Below are positions 1 to 7,386 of a stretch of DNA of 64,000 nt, piece after piece (position 1 is the stretch's first letter; each line of letters starts with the position of its first letter). The translations under genes were made by a program, and so were the position numbers. Origin of the DNA: Flavobacteriales bacterium (lineage in GTDB: Bacteria; Bacteroidota; Bacteroidia; Flavobacteriales_G; JALEGO01); contig JAHDHZ010000006.1 in assembly GCA_020631045.1 (NCBI GenBank), forward strand, positions 6,469 through 70,468. Reading direction: 5' to 3'. The notes under the pieces are model-generated. The model had not been told where the DNA came from. It worked only from the letters and a program-made list of their open reading frames with translations, and made no database searches.

Positions 1-790
1 CCATGAGTTGCTTGGGTACATATTTGGTGCCTGATGCTTCTTCATGGCCGCGCATTCTGAAGGTGAGACATTCTAATAGAATAGGGCGAGGATTTTTTCT
101 AATCTCTTTAGTGAGTTTTTCAACGGTGTTTTTTACTTCTAAGATGTTATTGCCGTCAATTTGCACGCCTTCAATGCCATAACCAATGGCCTTGTCAATA
201 AATTGCTTACATCTAAATTGCTCGCTTGATGGGGTTGAGAGCCCGTAGCCATTGTTCTCAATAATGAAGATGACAGGCAAATCCCAAACGGCAGCTACAT
301 TTAAGGCTTCGTGAAAATCGCCTTCGCTAGTGCCTCCATCTCCGGTAAATACAACGGTAGCTTTTTGTTCTTTTTTGAGTTTGTGTGCAAGTGCAATACC
401 ATCTGCTAAAGCCAATTGAGGGCCTAAGTGTGAGATCATACCAACAATTTTGTGCTCAATTGACCCGAAATGAAAAGAACGATCTCTGCCATTTGTGAAA
501 CCTGATTTTTTACCTTGAAATTGTGTGAATAATCGATGTAAATCAATACCTCTAGTAGTGAAGATGCCTAAGTTTCTGTGCATAGGCAAAATAAATTCAT
601 CTTCTTGTAAGGCAAGGGCTGTGCCAACAGAAATGGCTTCTTGACCAATACCTGAAAACCATTTAGAGATTTTTCCGCCTCGTAAAAGAATCAGCATTTT
701 CTCTTCGATGCGCCTGGGAAGTACCAGCGATTCGTAAACTTCTAAGAGTGCTTTTTTAGAATATCCCTTTGCTTGTGATTTGAAGTTCAT
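1..790 (-). CDS. TPP-dependent 2-oxoacid dehydrogenase E1 component (alpha/TPP-binding part); 3' end runs off the window
   Basis: Own minus-strand translation from ATG (790-788): MNFKSQAKGYSKKALLEVYESLVLPRRIEEKMLILLRGGKISKWFSGIGQEAISVG...VVFTGDGGTSEGDFHEALNVAAVWDLPVIFIIENNGYGLSTP...LTFRMRGHEE. It carries the GDG-x26-NN thiamine-diphosphate motif. It is absent from the ORF track because no stop codon lies in the window. Confidence 0.85.
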   Translation of the reverse strand, partial: MNFKSQAKGYSKKALLEVYESLVLPRRIEEKMLILLRGGKISKWFSGIGQEAISVGTALALQEDEFILPMHRNLGIFTTRGIDLHRLFTQFQGKKSGFTNGRDRSFHFGSIEHKIVGMISHLGPQLALADGIALAHKLKKEQKATVVFTGDGGTSEGDFHEALNVAAVWDLPVIFIIENNGYGLSTPSSEQFRCKQFIDKAIGYGIEGVQIDGNNILEVKNTVEKLTKEIRKNPRPILLECLTFRMRGHEEASGTKYVPKQLM

Positions 791-829
791 AGAACGAAAA
801 AGAATTTCTTAAAAGTAGGTAAAAAAAAA

Positions 830-861
830 GGGAGATAAGAACTTCTTACCTCCCTTTTTTT
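830..861 (-). terminator. Rho-independent terminator hairpin (symmetrical, usable in both directions)
   Basis: Stem gggagataag (830-839) pairs with cttacctccc (845-854) with one G-U pair and a 5-nt loop. It is flanked by A9 (821-829) and a T-run (855-861). It lies just 3' of the stop of the minus-strand gene 878..1207. Confidence 0.55.
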
Positions 862-877
862 ATGCTTTTAATATTGC

Positions 878-1207
878 TTAGTCTTGAAGTGCTTGTCCAG
901 CATCTTCGATAACTTCTCCAGCTTTATCAGTAGCAGCGTCAACTGCGTTTCCAGCAGCATCAACAGCACCTTCAACAGCATCTCCAGTAGCTTCAGCAGC
1001 ACCTTCAACAGCATCAACAGCGCCTTCAGCAACGTCTCCAGCTACTTCAGCAGTAGCATCAACAGCATCTCCGGCAGCATCAGCAGTAGCTTCAACAGCG
1101 TCTCCAGCAGCTTCAGCAGCATTGCCAGCAGCTTCAGTGGCCTGTGAGCAAGAAGCTAAAGTTCCAGCAGCAAAGGCAATCATAGCAAAAAATGATAACT
1201 TTTTCAT
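878..1207 (-). CDS. small acidic Ala/Gly/Asp/Glu/Val-repeat lipoprotein
   Basis: 109-aa ORF with lipoprotein signal MKKLSFFAMIAFAAGTLAS|C. The mature chain is a low-complexity repeat (AGDAVEATADA / AGDAVDATAEV / AGNAVDAATDK). A terminator follows directly. Confidence 0.7.
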   Translation of the reverse strand: MKKLSFFAMIAFAAGTLASCSQATEAAGNAAEAAGDAVEATADAAGDAVDATAEVAGDVAEGAVDAVEGAAEATGDAVEGAVDAAGNAVDAATDKAGEVIEDAGQALQD

Positions 1208-1236
1208 TTTGTGTAAATTTTAATTAAGTTGTTAAA

Positions 1237-1244
1237 CAAATATA
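1237..1244 (-). promoter_or_regulatory. candidate Bacteroidota -7 box (TATATTTG on minus strand) for the repeat lipoprotein gene
   Basis: Plus-strand caaatata is TATATTTG on the minus strand and matches TAnnTTTG. It lies 29 nt upstream of the ATG at 1207. Confidence 0.35.
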
Positions 1245-1353
1245 GAATTTTTTACAAATTCATAAGTTTTATGAGGGTTTATTACCTGAATTCTGTTAAA
1301 AAGGTTACAAAAATGTTGAAAAAGCATACTTAAAAGGTTGATTTACCAAAAAA

Positions 1354-1386
1354 TTGACGTTCAATTTCAAAGAATTTATATTTTTG
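1354..1386 (+). promoter_or_regulatory. candidate Bacteroidota sigma-A promoter (-33 TTG / -7 TATTTTTG)
   Basis: TTG at 1354-1356, a 22-nt spacer, then TATTTTTG at 1379-1386. The -7 box is 28 nt upstream of the ATG at 1415. Confidence 0.4.
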
Positions 1387-1414
1387 AGGCTCAAACCAAT
1401 TAAATTTATATAAA

Positions 1415-2311
1415 ATGAAAAGACTTAAGTCTATTTTTATGGCTGCAGCTGCACTAGGAGTTGTAGGCCTTACAAGTTGTTCAAAAGACAACAATGATCC
1501 GATTATCACTGATTTTTTAACTTTTGATGTAAATGGCGGATATATCGAGCCAGGAGATTCTATTGAAGTAAGTGCTACTTTAACAGATGCAGAAGGTTTA
1601 GAGGAAGCGCGTTTTTCAGTTGAGACAAACGGAACTTCAGTAGGAACTGTTACAACAACTGGGTTGTCAGGAACCAATGAGACTTATAAAACATACTTTG
1701 TTGTACCTTCTACGGCTCAAAATGGTCAGGTTTACAGATTAAAGTTAACTGTGCAAGACGATGACAAAGACGCTCCTTTAACTGACTTTGCAGAAGAAGA
1801 CATTACTGTTGGAGTTGTGAATGTTGCTCCTGATTTTACTGGAACTGCTTGGACTGGAGTTACTTTAGAGGCTTCTACTTCAACCGCTGCAAACATGATT
1901 GTTTTTGTAAACCTTGCTTCAGGAACAACTTATACTGTTCAAGCAGGTGCATCAAATCAAAATCAGGTTGATTTAGCTTACTTTTATGGGTCAAGCAATG
2001 GTGATGCTCTAGCAGCTCCAGACGATGAGAATATTGACGGATCTAATGCAAATTCTTTTGAATTTACGCAAGGTTGGGCTTCACCGAATCAAACTAGATT
2101 AGTTTCTGCAAACAATGTTGACTTTGACAATGCTACAGATGCTGATATCGCAGCTTTGTCAACTTTTACAGCCTCTATTGTACCTAACTTAGCAGCTGGT
2201 AATGTTGTTGGTTTTGTAACTGCTTCAGGTAAAAAAGGATTGATTAAAATCAATTCTGTTGCGGGTTCTACTACAGGATCTGCTTCACTTGATATTAAGA
2301 TTCAGAACTAA
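1415..2311 (+). CDS. lipoprotein of unknown function
   Basis: 298-aa ORF with lipoprotein signal MKRLKSIFMAAAALGVVGLTS|C. The remainder is Thr/Ser/Asn/Gly-rich and looks like beta-rich extracellular protein. A terminator follows. No family recognised. Confidence 0.75.
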   Translation: MKRLKSIFMAAAALGVVGLTSCSKDNNDPIITDFLTFDVNGGYIEPGDSIEVSATLTDAEGLEEARFSVETNGTSVGTVTTTGLSGTNETYKTYFVVPSTAQNGQVYRLKLTVQDDDKDAPLTDFAEEDITVGVVNVAPDFTGTAWTGVTLEASTSTAANMIVFVNLASGTTYTVQAGASNQNQVDLAYFYGSSNGDALAAPDDENIDGSNANSFEFTQGWASPNQTRLVSANNVDFDNATDADIAALSTFTASIVPNLAAGNVVGFVTASGKKGLIKINSVAGSTTGSASLDIKIQN

Positions 2312-2334
2312 GAGTTTTTATAAAAATTAAGAAG

Positions 2335-2366
2335 GGCCTCATCTTTAATTAGATGGGGCTTTTTTT
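2335..2366 (+). terminator. Rho-independent terminator
   Basis: Stem gcctcatct (2336-2344) pairs with agatggggc (2351-2359) with one G-U pair, followed by T7 (2360-2366). It lies 25 nt after the stop at 2311. Confidence 0.6.
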
Positions 2367-2380
2367 ATACATTTAATCAT

Positions 2381-2797
2381 ATGAAATTTCTAATTTTAAA
2401 TGGTCCAAATCTAGATCAAATAGGCACAAGAGAGCAGTCTGTTTATGGCAATGAAAATATTCATGACTATTTAAAGAGGCTCAAGCAAGATTATGATGTT
2501 GAAGTGGCATTTGAATCTTCTGAGGCTACACTAGTAGAGATTATATTAAGTGCTCAAGACATTGATGGTATTGTATTAAATGCTGGTGCTTACACCCACA
2601 CTTCTTTAGCGATTGCTGATGCGATTGCAGCTATTCAGGTACCAGTAGTTGAAGTGCACCTTTCTAATATTTACGCCAGAGCGTTTTATAGAAAAACTTC
2701 TTATATAGCTGAAAAATGCAAAGGCAGTATTTCTGGTTTTGGTTTAGATGTTTATAGGTTAGCTTTACTGAGTTTAGAAGCGATATCCAACCGCTAA
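2381..2797 (+). CDS. aroQ: type II 3-dehydroquinate dehydratase
   Basis: 138 aa. ILNGPNLDQIGTREQSVYG, LNAGAYTHTSLAIADAI and VEVHLSNIYARAFYRKTSY are the characteristic AroQ motifs. Confidence 0.93.
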   Translation: MKFLILNGPNLDQIGTREQSVYGNENIHDYLKRLKQDYDVEVAFESSEATLVEIILSAQDIDGIVLNAGAYTHTSLAIADAIAAIQVPVVEVHLSNIYARAFYRKTSYIAEKCKGSISGFGLDVYRLALLSLEAISNR

Positions 2798-3349
2798 GAT
2801 TAGGCTAAAAGAGAAGTCTATACTTGTACTTATCCCGTTGTCTTGTTGAGCCAATCCACCCAAAAAAGTCAAAGAAGAATTTATGCCGTTTTGAAATTGA
2901 AGCCGAGTGCCAATAGGAATGCGTAATGCTTTGAGATTAACCAATCCATCTGAGACGTAACGAAATGAAAGGCCAGTGTAATGCTCTGCGTGAAATTCTT
3001 TAAGATGCAAGTTGCCTAAGTTGAAGTTTTTGCGATCAGAAATGTGGAAGTAGTAACGGTATCCTACATTGATTTCATTTTCACTTTCATTGGGAAGATA
3101 AAAATAGTGCGCTCTAAGACCATGGGTTTTGCCTAAAATATGTTCGTAAGCAATGTTTAAGGCTCCTTGTGTATAGTGCAGCGGAGAAGTTGAAATTATG
3201 TTTTTATCTTCTAAAACTTCATGATGGCTTGTGTCATGATGATCGACAAGGGCAATGAATTTCTTTTTTAGACTTTGATGCTCTTGACTCATAAGTTGAT
3301 TTGAAAAAATCAAATACAGGGCAATAAGGTATAAATAATGGTTTTTCAT
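2774..3349 (-). CDS. secreted protein, probable small outer-membrane beta-barrel
   Basis: The track ORF is 2774..3406. I prefer the internal ATG at 3349 (MKNHYLYLIALYLIFSNQLMSQ, a signal peptide), which avoids overlap with the divergent gene at 3392. It has alternating hydrophobic strands and a C-terminal ...LAVGYRF aromatic terminus. Confidence 0.55.
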   Translation of the reverse strand: MKNHYLYLIALYLIFSNQLMSQEHQSLKKKFIALVDHHDTSHHEVLEDKNIISTSPLHYTQGALNIAYEHILGKTHGLRAHYFYLPNESENEINVGYRYYFHISDRKNFNLGNLHLKEFHAEHYTGLSFRYVSDGLVNLKALRIPIGTRLQFQNGINSSLTFLGGLAQQDNGISTSIDFSFSLILAVGYRF

Positions 3350-3391
3350 CTTGTGTTTTGCTGAAAAATAGTAATTTTTTGCAAAAAAAGA

Positions 3392-4432
3392 ATGGCCTAC
3401 GATCAAAACGATATTGATTATATTTCAAAGAAAAAGCCTTCTTACCCGATTCTTGATTCACTTAGAGCATATTTGAAAAAATATGATAGAACCTATGATT
3501 TGCCGGTGAAGTATGATGATTTGTTGCGCTATTCAAATGCTTTTCCGCTCTATAATGAAAAGGGCGAAGATACGCTTTGGCAAACCGCAATGTACCATGA
3601 GTCAGAGCTCAATGATATTCATGATGGATTGACCCAGATTTATGCCATTATTAGAACAGCTGGAGACAAGAGTCTGATTGATCATTTGAGTGTTGAACGG
3701 ATTGATTATTGTACGTTTGGTAACTCAAATCCTTTTCGTATTCGCATTGTAAATAAGTTAAATGATAATTATGACTATTTTTATGTGAAAAAGGCTGATG
3801 CTTCTCGAATTTATGGCTTAGAATTAGAACATATTTTATCGCCCAATAGAATCAATTATTTGGTTGATGACAATACCTTGGTAGAAGATCATATTGCAGG
3901 CATTCCGGGAGATCAATTCATAGAGAAATATTTAAAGCGTAAACAAACCAATACGGTTCGAATTGCAAAAGAATTTGTAAAGTTTAACGAGCGTTGTTTT
4001 GTGCGTTTATTGGGTGATATGCGTTCATATAATTATGTAATTGATATTACTCCTGATTTTGATAATGAACAGTATCGTATTCGATCGATCGATTTTGACC
4101 AGCAGTGTTATGAAGGCAGACGAACACTTTATTTACCTCAATTTTTTAAAGAAAACATTAAGGTCGTTGAGTTTGTCAGAAACTTATTAGATGATAAAAC
4201 AATCTTACAATATCAACAAGAAGAACAAACCTTGATGAAAAGAAGGTATGTTTCATCAGAAAAAAAGATCAATTATTTATTAGAGGTAATGCAGCAAGAG
4301 CCTCTTTCTAAGTCAGAAAAAATCAAGGAATTGGCCTTGCAACTTTCAAAATACCACAAGATGGAACAGTTTTTGAATTGTAAAACAATGGGAGCGCTCT
4401 TGTCGCTTCATCTTAAAAAAATCTTATCTTGA
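3392..4432 (+). CDS. conserved-looking cytoplasmic protein of unknown function (possible kinase-like fold)
   Basis: 346-aa ORF with no signal peptide. The motifs YFYVKKAD and LGDMRSYNYVIDITPDFDNEQYRIRSIDFDQ weakly recall the Lys / HxD-N / DFD elements of atypical kinases. The function call is inference only. Confidence 0.6.
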   Translation: MAYDQNDIDYISKKKPSYPILDSLRAYLKKYDRTYDLPVKYDDLLRYSNAFPLYNEKGEDTLWQTAMYHESELNDIHDGLTQIYAIIRTAGDKSLIDHLSVERIDYCTFGNSNPFRIRIVNKLNDNYDYFYVKKADASRIYGLELEHILSPNRINYLVDDNTLVEDHIAGIPGDQFIEKYLKRKQTNTVRIAKEFVKFNERCFVRLLGDMRSYNYVIDITPDFDNEQYRIRSIDFDQQCYEGRRTLYLPQFFKENIKVVEFVRNLLDDKTILQYQQEEQTLMKRRYVSSEKKINYLLEVMQQEPLSKSEKIKELALQLSKYHKMEQFLNCKTMGALLSLHLKKILS

Positions 4433-4436
4433 GCCT

Positions 4437-5132
4437 GTGAAAAGTGTCTTTTTAATAAATCTGTTGTTCTTTGTGTTCGTCTTTTCTTTTTTGGGGCAAG
4501 ACAAAAATAGTGCAACTTACCGGTTAGATCAGGTGATGGATGAGCGGTATGGGATAACCATGTATGATGACCTGAATCAGAGACTTGAGAAAGATACCTT
4601 ACGGCTTTGTCAAGGGAGGCCCTGTCGCGGATGGGTGAAAGATTATTATGAGTCAGGTTCTATTTTGCACGAAGGGTTTTACGAAGAGGGTAAGCTACAC
4701 ATGTACAAGAATTATTATGTTGGCAAAAAATTGGAGCGTGAGTTTAAGACAGTTGACGATATAAAAAGTGTGTTGACGACATACTATTTGGGTGGAAAAG
4801 TAAAGTCTAAAGTGGTTTTTCAAAAAAGATTTGCACGTAAATGGCAAGATTTTTTTGAGAATGGTGCCCTTGAGTTTTATGAGGAGTATGACAAAAAAAT
4901 AGAATATCTAATCCGTCAAGATCATTATTACAGAACAGGTAAGCCAAAGACAACAATGAAATTGGTAAATAAAAAGAAGAAGATGTATGAAAAGAAAGTG
5001 TATCACAGCAATGGCAAAATAAAAGAGCAGGGGGCAGTGTTTTTTAGTATGGATGCCTTAGATTATCAGAAGAAAGGGCCTTGGAAATTTTACGATGAAA
5101 AAGGAAATTTGATCTCTCAAAGAGATTTTTAG
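4437..5132 (+). CDS. MORN-variant (YwqK-like) repeat protein with signal peptide
   Basis: GTG start and signal peptide MKSVFLINLLFFVFVFSFLGQ. Repeated G-x-W/H-x-x-Y/F-x-x-G units occur (GWVKDYYESGSILHEGFYEEGKLHMYKNYY; WQDFFENGALEFYEEY; VYHSNGKIKEQG; GPWKFYDEKGNL). Confidence 0.65.
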   Translation: MKSVFLINLLFFVFVFSFLGQDKNSATYRLDQVMDERYGITMYDDLNQRLEKDTLRLCQGRPCRGWVKDYYESGSILHEGFYEEGKLHMYKNYYVGKKLEREFKTVDDIKSVLTTYYLGGKVKSKVVFQKRFARKWQDFFENGALEFYEEYDKKIEYLIRQDHYYRTGKPKTTMKLVNKKKKMYEKKVYHSNGKIKEQGAVFFSMDALDYQKKGPWKFYDEKGNLISQRDF

Positions 5133-5145
5133 GCAGTTTCGTTTG

Positions 5146-5173
5146 TTTGACAATGAAAATCTAATTAAATTTG
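5146..5173 (+). promoter_or_regulatory. candidate promoter of rpmG operon (-33 TTTG / -7 TAAATTTG)
   Basis: TTTG at 5146-5149 and TAAATTTG at 5166-5173, 20 nt upstream of the rpmG ATG. Confidence 0.4.
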
Positions 5174-5193
5174 CCTTCCGCTAACGATTAGCT

Positions 5194-5376
5194 ATGGCAA
5201 AGAAAGATACAAGAGTACAAGTGATTTTAGAGTGTACAGAGCACAAAGCAACTGGTCAGCCAGGTACATCTCGATACGTAACTACAAAGAATAGAAAAAA
5301 CACTCCAGATCGTTTGGAGTTGAAAAAGTATAATCCAATCCTTAGAAAGTATACCATTCACAAGGAGATAAAGTAA
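5194..5376 (+). CDS. rpmG: 50S ribosomal protein L33
   Basis: 60 aa: [60 protein letters not shown], a typical L33 sequence. Confidence 0.95.
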   Translation: MAKKDTRVQVILECTEHKATGQPGTSRYVTTKNRKNTPDRLELKKYNPILRKYTIHKEIK

Positions 5377-5382
5377 GAAATT

Positions 5383-5538
5383 ATGGCTAAGAAAACTGTA
5401 GCAAGATTAAAGAAAGGCGAGTCTAAAGGTATGACTAAAGTAATCAAAGTAGTGAAGTCTGAAAAGACTGGTGCTTACAGCTTTAAGTCTGAAATCGTTT
5501 CAAAAGACATGGTTGATCAATACATCAACAGCAAGTAA
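5383..5538 (+). CDS. DUF4295-family small basic protein (usual partner of rpmG in Bacteroidota)
   Basis: Own translation: MAKKTVARLKKGESKGMTKVIKVVKSEKTGAYSFKSEIVSKDMVDQYINSK (51 aa). It starts 6 nt after rpmG and is followed by a terminator. It is below the ORF-track length cutoff. Confidence 0.75.
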   Translation: MAKKTVARLKKGESKGMTKVIKVVKSEKTGAYSFKSEIVSKDMVDQYINSK

Positions 5539-5560
5539 AATTTAGATTTAAGTTTATCAA

Positions 5561-5592
5561 AGCCTCTATCTTGTGATGGGGGCTTTTTTTTT
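5561..5592 (+). terminator. Rho-independent terminator of the rpmG operon
   Basis: agcctc...ggggct hairpin at 5561-5583, followed by T9 (5584-5592). Confidence 0.6.
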
Positions 5593-5600
5593 ATGATTAT

Positions 5601-6866
5601 ATGGGATTATTTGGCAAAATCAAAAAGTTTTTCACGGCTGATGAAACTCCATCAGAAGAAAAGGTAAGCAAAGAACAAGTTCAGCAGGATCATCGATCCA
5701 AAGAAGAGAAAACAACTGAAAAGTCGTTAGAACAGCCCACAAAAAAGGTAGAAGAGCGAAAGGAGAAGTCTAAGGTAGAAGAAAAAGTTGATTCGAAACT
5801 TGAGGTTAAAAAAGTTCAAATATCAGAATCTACAGCTCCAAAGCTGACTGAAAAAAAAGAAGAAAAACCTAAGCAAGAAATTAAAAAGCATGAGGCAAAA
5901 GCAACTACTCCTCTGCCAGAGGCGAAAAAAGAGCGTGAAGATTTAGATCAAGGCCTTAAAAAGACCAAAGAAGGGTTTTTTAGCAAGCTTTCTAGGGCAG
6001 TAGTGGGTAAATCGACTGTTGATGCCGATGTATTAGATAATCTAGAAGAAATGCTGATTGCCTCAGATGTAGGAGTGCAAACCACCATAAAAATTATTGA
6101 TGCCATTGAAGCGCGTGTTGCAAAAGACAAGTATGTCAATACTTCTGAGCTCAATGCAATTTTAAGAGCAGAAATCACAGGGCTGATGTTGGGCGATAAA
6201 AAAACCAACGAAATTGAAAATATTGTTCAAGGTAAGGTTGAAGGGGAGCCTTACGTAATAATGGTCGTAGGAGTAAATGGTGTGGGTAAGACCACAACCA
6301 TTGGTAAATTAGCGCATGGTTTTAAGTCAATTGGTCTAAATGTTACCATCGGAGCTGCTGATACTTTTAGAGCTGCGGCAATTGATCAAATTAAAGTGTG
6401 GGGAGAGCGCACCCGAGTACCTGTAGTAGCTCAAAAAATGGGTTCTGATCCAGCTTCTGTTGCTTATGATACACTTGAATCGGCTGTATCTACGAAAGCA
6501 GATGTTGTATTGGTTGATACTGCTGGAAGACTGCATAATAAGATCAATTTGATGAATGAATTGAGCAAGATTAAAAATGTAATGAAAAAAGTAGTGCCTG
6601 GTGCTCCGCATGAAGTATTGTTGGTATTAGATGCCTCTACTGGTCAAAATGCCATTGAGCAGGCCAAGCAATTTACAAAAGCCACAGAGGTGACTGCCCT
6701 TGCATTAACCAAACTTGACGGAACAGCTAAAGGGGGCGTAGTGATTGGAATTTCAGATCAATTTCAAATTCCAGTAAAATACATCGGAGTGGGTGAGGGC
6801 ATTGATCACCTTCAGATCTTTGATAAGAAGGCTTTTGTTGATTCTTTATTTGAGGGAGAAGCTTAA
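5601..6866 (+). CDS. ftsY: signal recognition particle receptor FtsY
   Basis: An N-terminal K/E-rich domain is followed by the SRP-GTPase NG domain: GVNGVGKTTTIGKLA, DTAGRLHNK, TKLDGTAKGG. Confidence 0.95.
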   Translation: MGLFGKIKKFFTADETPSEEKVSKEQVQQDHRSKEEKTTEKSLEQPTKKVEERKEKSKVEEKVDSKLEVKKVQISESTAPKLTEKKEEKPKQEIKKHEAKATTPLPEAKKEREDLDQGLKKTKEGFFSKLSRAVVGKSTVDADVLDNLEEMLIASDVGVQTTIKIIDAIEARVAKDKYVNTSELNAILRAEITGLMLGDKKTNEIENIVQGKVEGEPYVIMVVGVNGVGKTTTIGKLAHGFKSIGLNVTIGAADTFRAAAIDQIKVWGERTRVPVVAQKMGSDPASVAYDTLESAVSTKADVVLVDTAGRLHNKINLMNELSKIKNVMKKVVPGAPHEVLLVLDASTGQNAIEQAKQFTKATEVTALALTKLDGTAKGGVVIGISDQFQIPVKYIGVGEGIDHLQIFDKKAFVDSLFEGEA

Positions 6867-7306
6867 AAGGGTTTTTTATAGGTGAAAAAATCACCTTTTT
6901 GTAAGTCAAAAAAACTTTCAGCCAAATCTTTAGGGGGTGTGGCGAGTTTGCGTTTTTTTAAGTCAATCCAAGCACCTTTCAATGAGATGTGGGCTGCTTT
7001 TTCGGCTTTTTGATTGAAAATTTCGTGGTGTAAGGTCCATCTTGAGCCATCTTCTGTAGCTTCACCTCTCAAAAGATTGATGCTGATTTGTTCATCTGGC
7101 TTGAGTTCTTTGATGAAAGAGCATTCCTCTTTAAAAATGATGGGGCCCAATGAAAGAGCTTCAAACTTTTGGGCATTGTATCCTGCTTTTAGAAAATATT
7201 GAATACGGCAATGTGCTCCGTAATCGTAATAAGCAGAATGTCTAACATGGCGATTTTGATCAACGTCAGCCCAACGTACAGCTACTAAAATTGAGAATGG
7301 ATCCAT
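6863..7306 (-). CDS. hotdog-fold acyl-CoA thioesterase (4HBT/YbgC-like)
   Basis: 147 aa. The N-terminal VRWADVDQNRHVRHSAYYDY matches the catalytic-Asp region of 4HBT-type thioesterases. Confidence 0.75.
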   Translation of the reverse strand: MDPFSILVAVRWADVDQNRHVRHSAYYDYGAHCRIQYFLKAGYNAQKFEALSLGPIIFKEECSFIKELKPDEQISINLLRGEATEDGSRWTLHHEIFNQKAEKAAHISLKGAWIDLKKRKLATPPKDLAESFFDLQKGDFFTYKKPF

Positions 7307-7386
7307 TTGTTGTAGTTTGCTTGCTAAAATACGATGAATAAGTTTTTTTGCAAAAACATCTTTACTGCTTGATTCATGACGGTTTG

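Noticed and set aside
884-1147. 87-aa Ser-rich plus-strand ORF (MKCLSSIFDNFSSFISSS...)
   Set aside because: It is the exact antisense shadow of the low-complexity lipoprotein gene. GCT/GCA/GAT-type repeats read as Ser codons on the other strand. It has no signal, promoter or terminator logic of its own, whereas the minus-strand ORF has a lipoprotein signal and a terminator.
1330-1677. 115-aa minus-strand ORF overlapping the start of the 1415..2311 lipoprotein gene
   Set aside because: It overlaps a better-supported gene that has a lipoprotein signal, a promoter box and a terminator. Its own sequence has no recognisable features and it would begin inside that gene.
5133-5193. Search for rpmB (L28) upstream of rpmG
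   Set aside because: Only 61 nt separate the MORN-repeat gene from rpmG, and they contain a promoter-like box but no ORF. rpmB is not in this window.
7348-7386. TTG-initiated 13-codon N-terminal extension of rimO proposed by the ORF track
   Set aside because: The ATG at 7387 gives the usual RimO N-terminus (short basic leader, then VNVVTLGCAKN). The extension (MQKHLYCLIHDGL) has no counterpart that I recognise.
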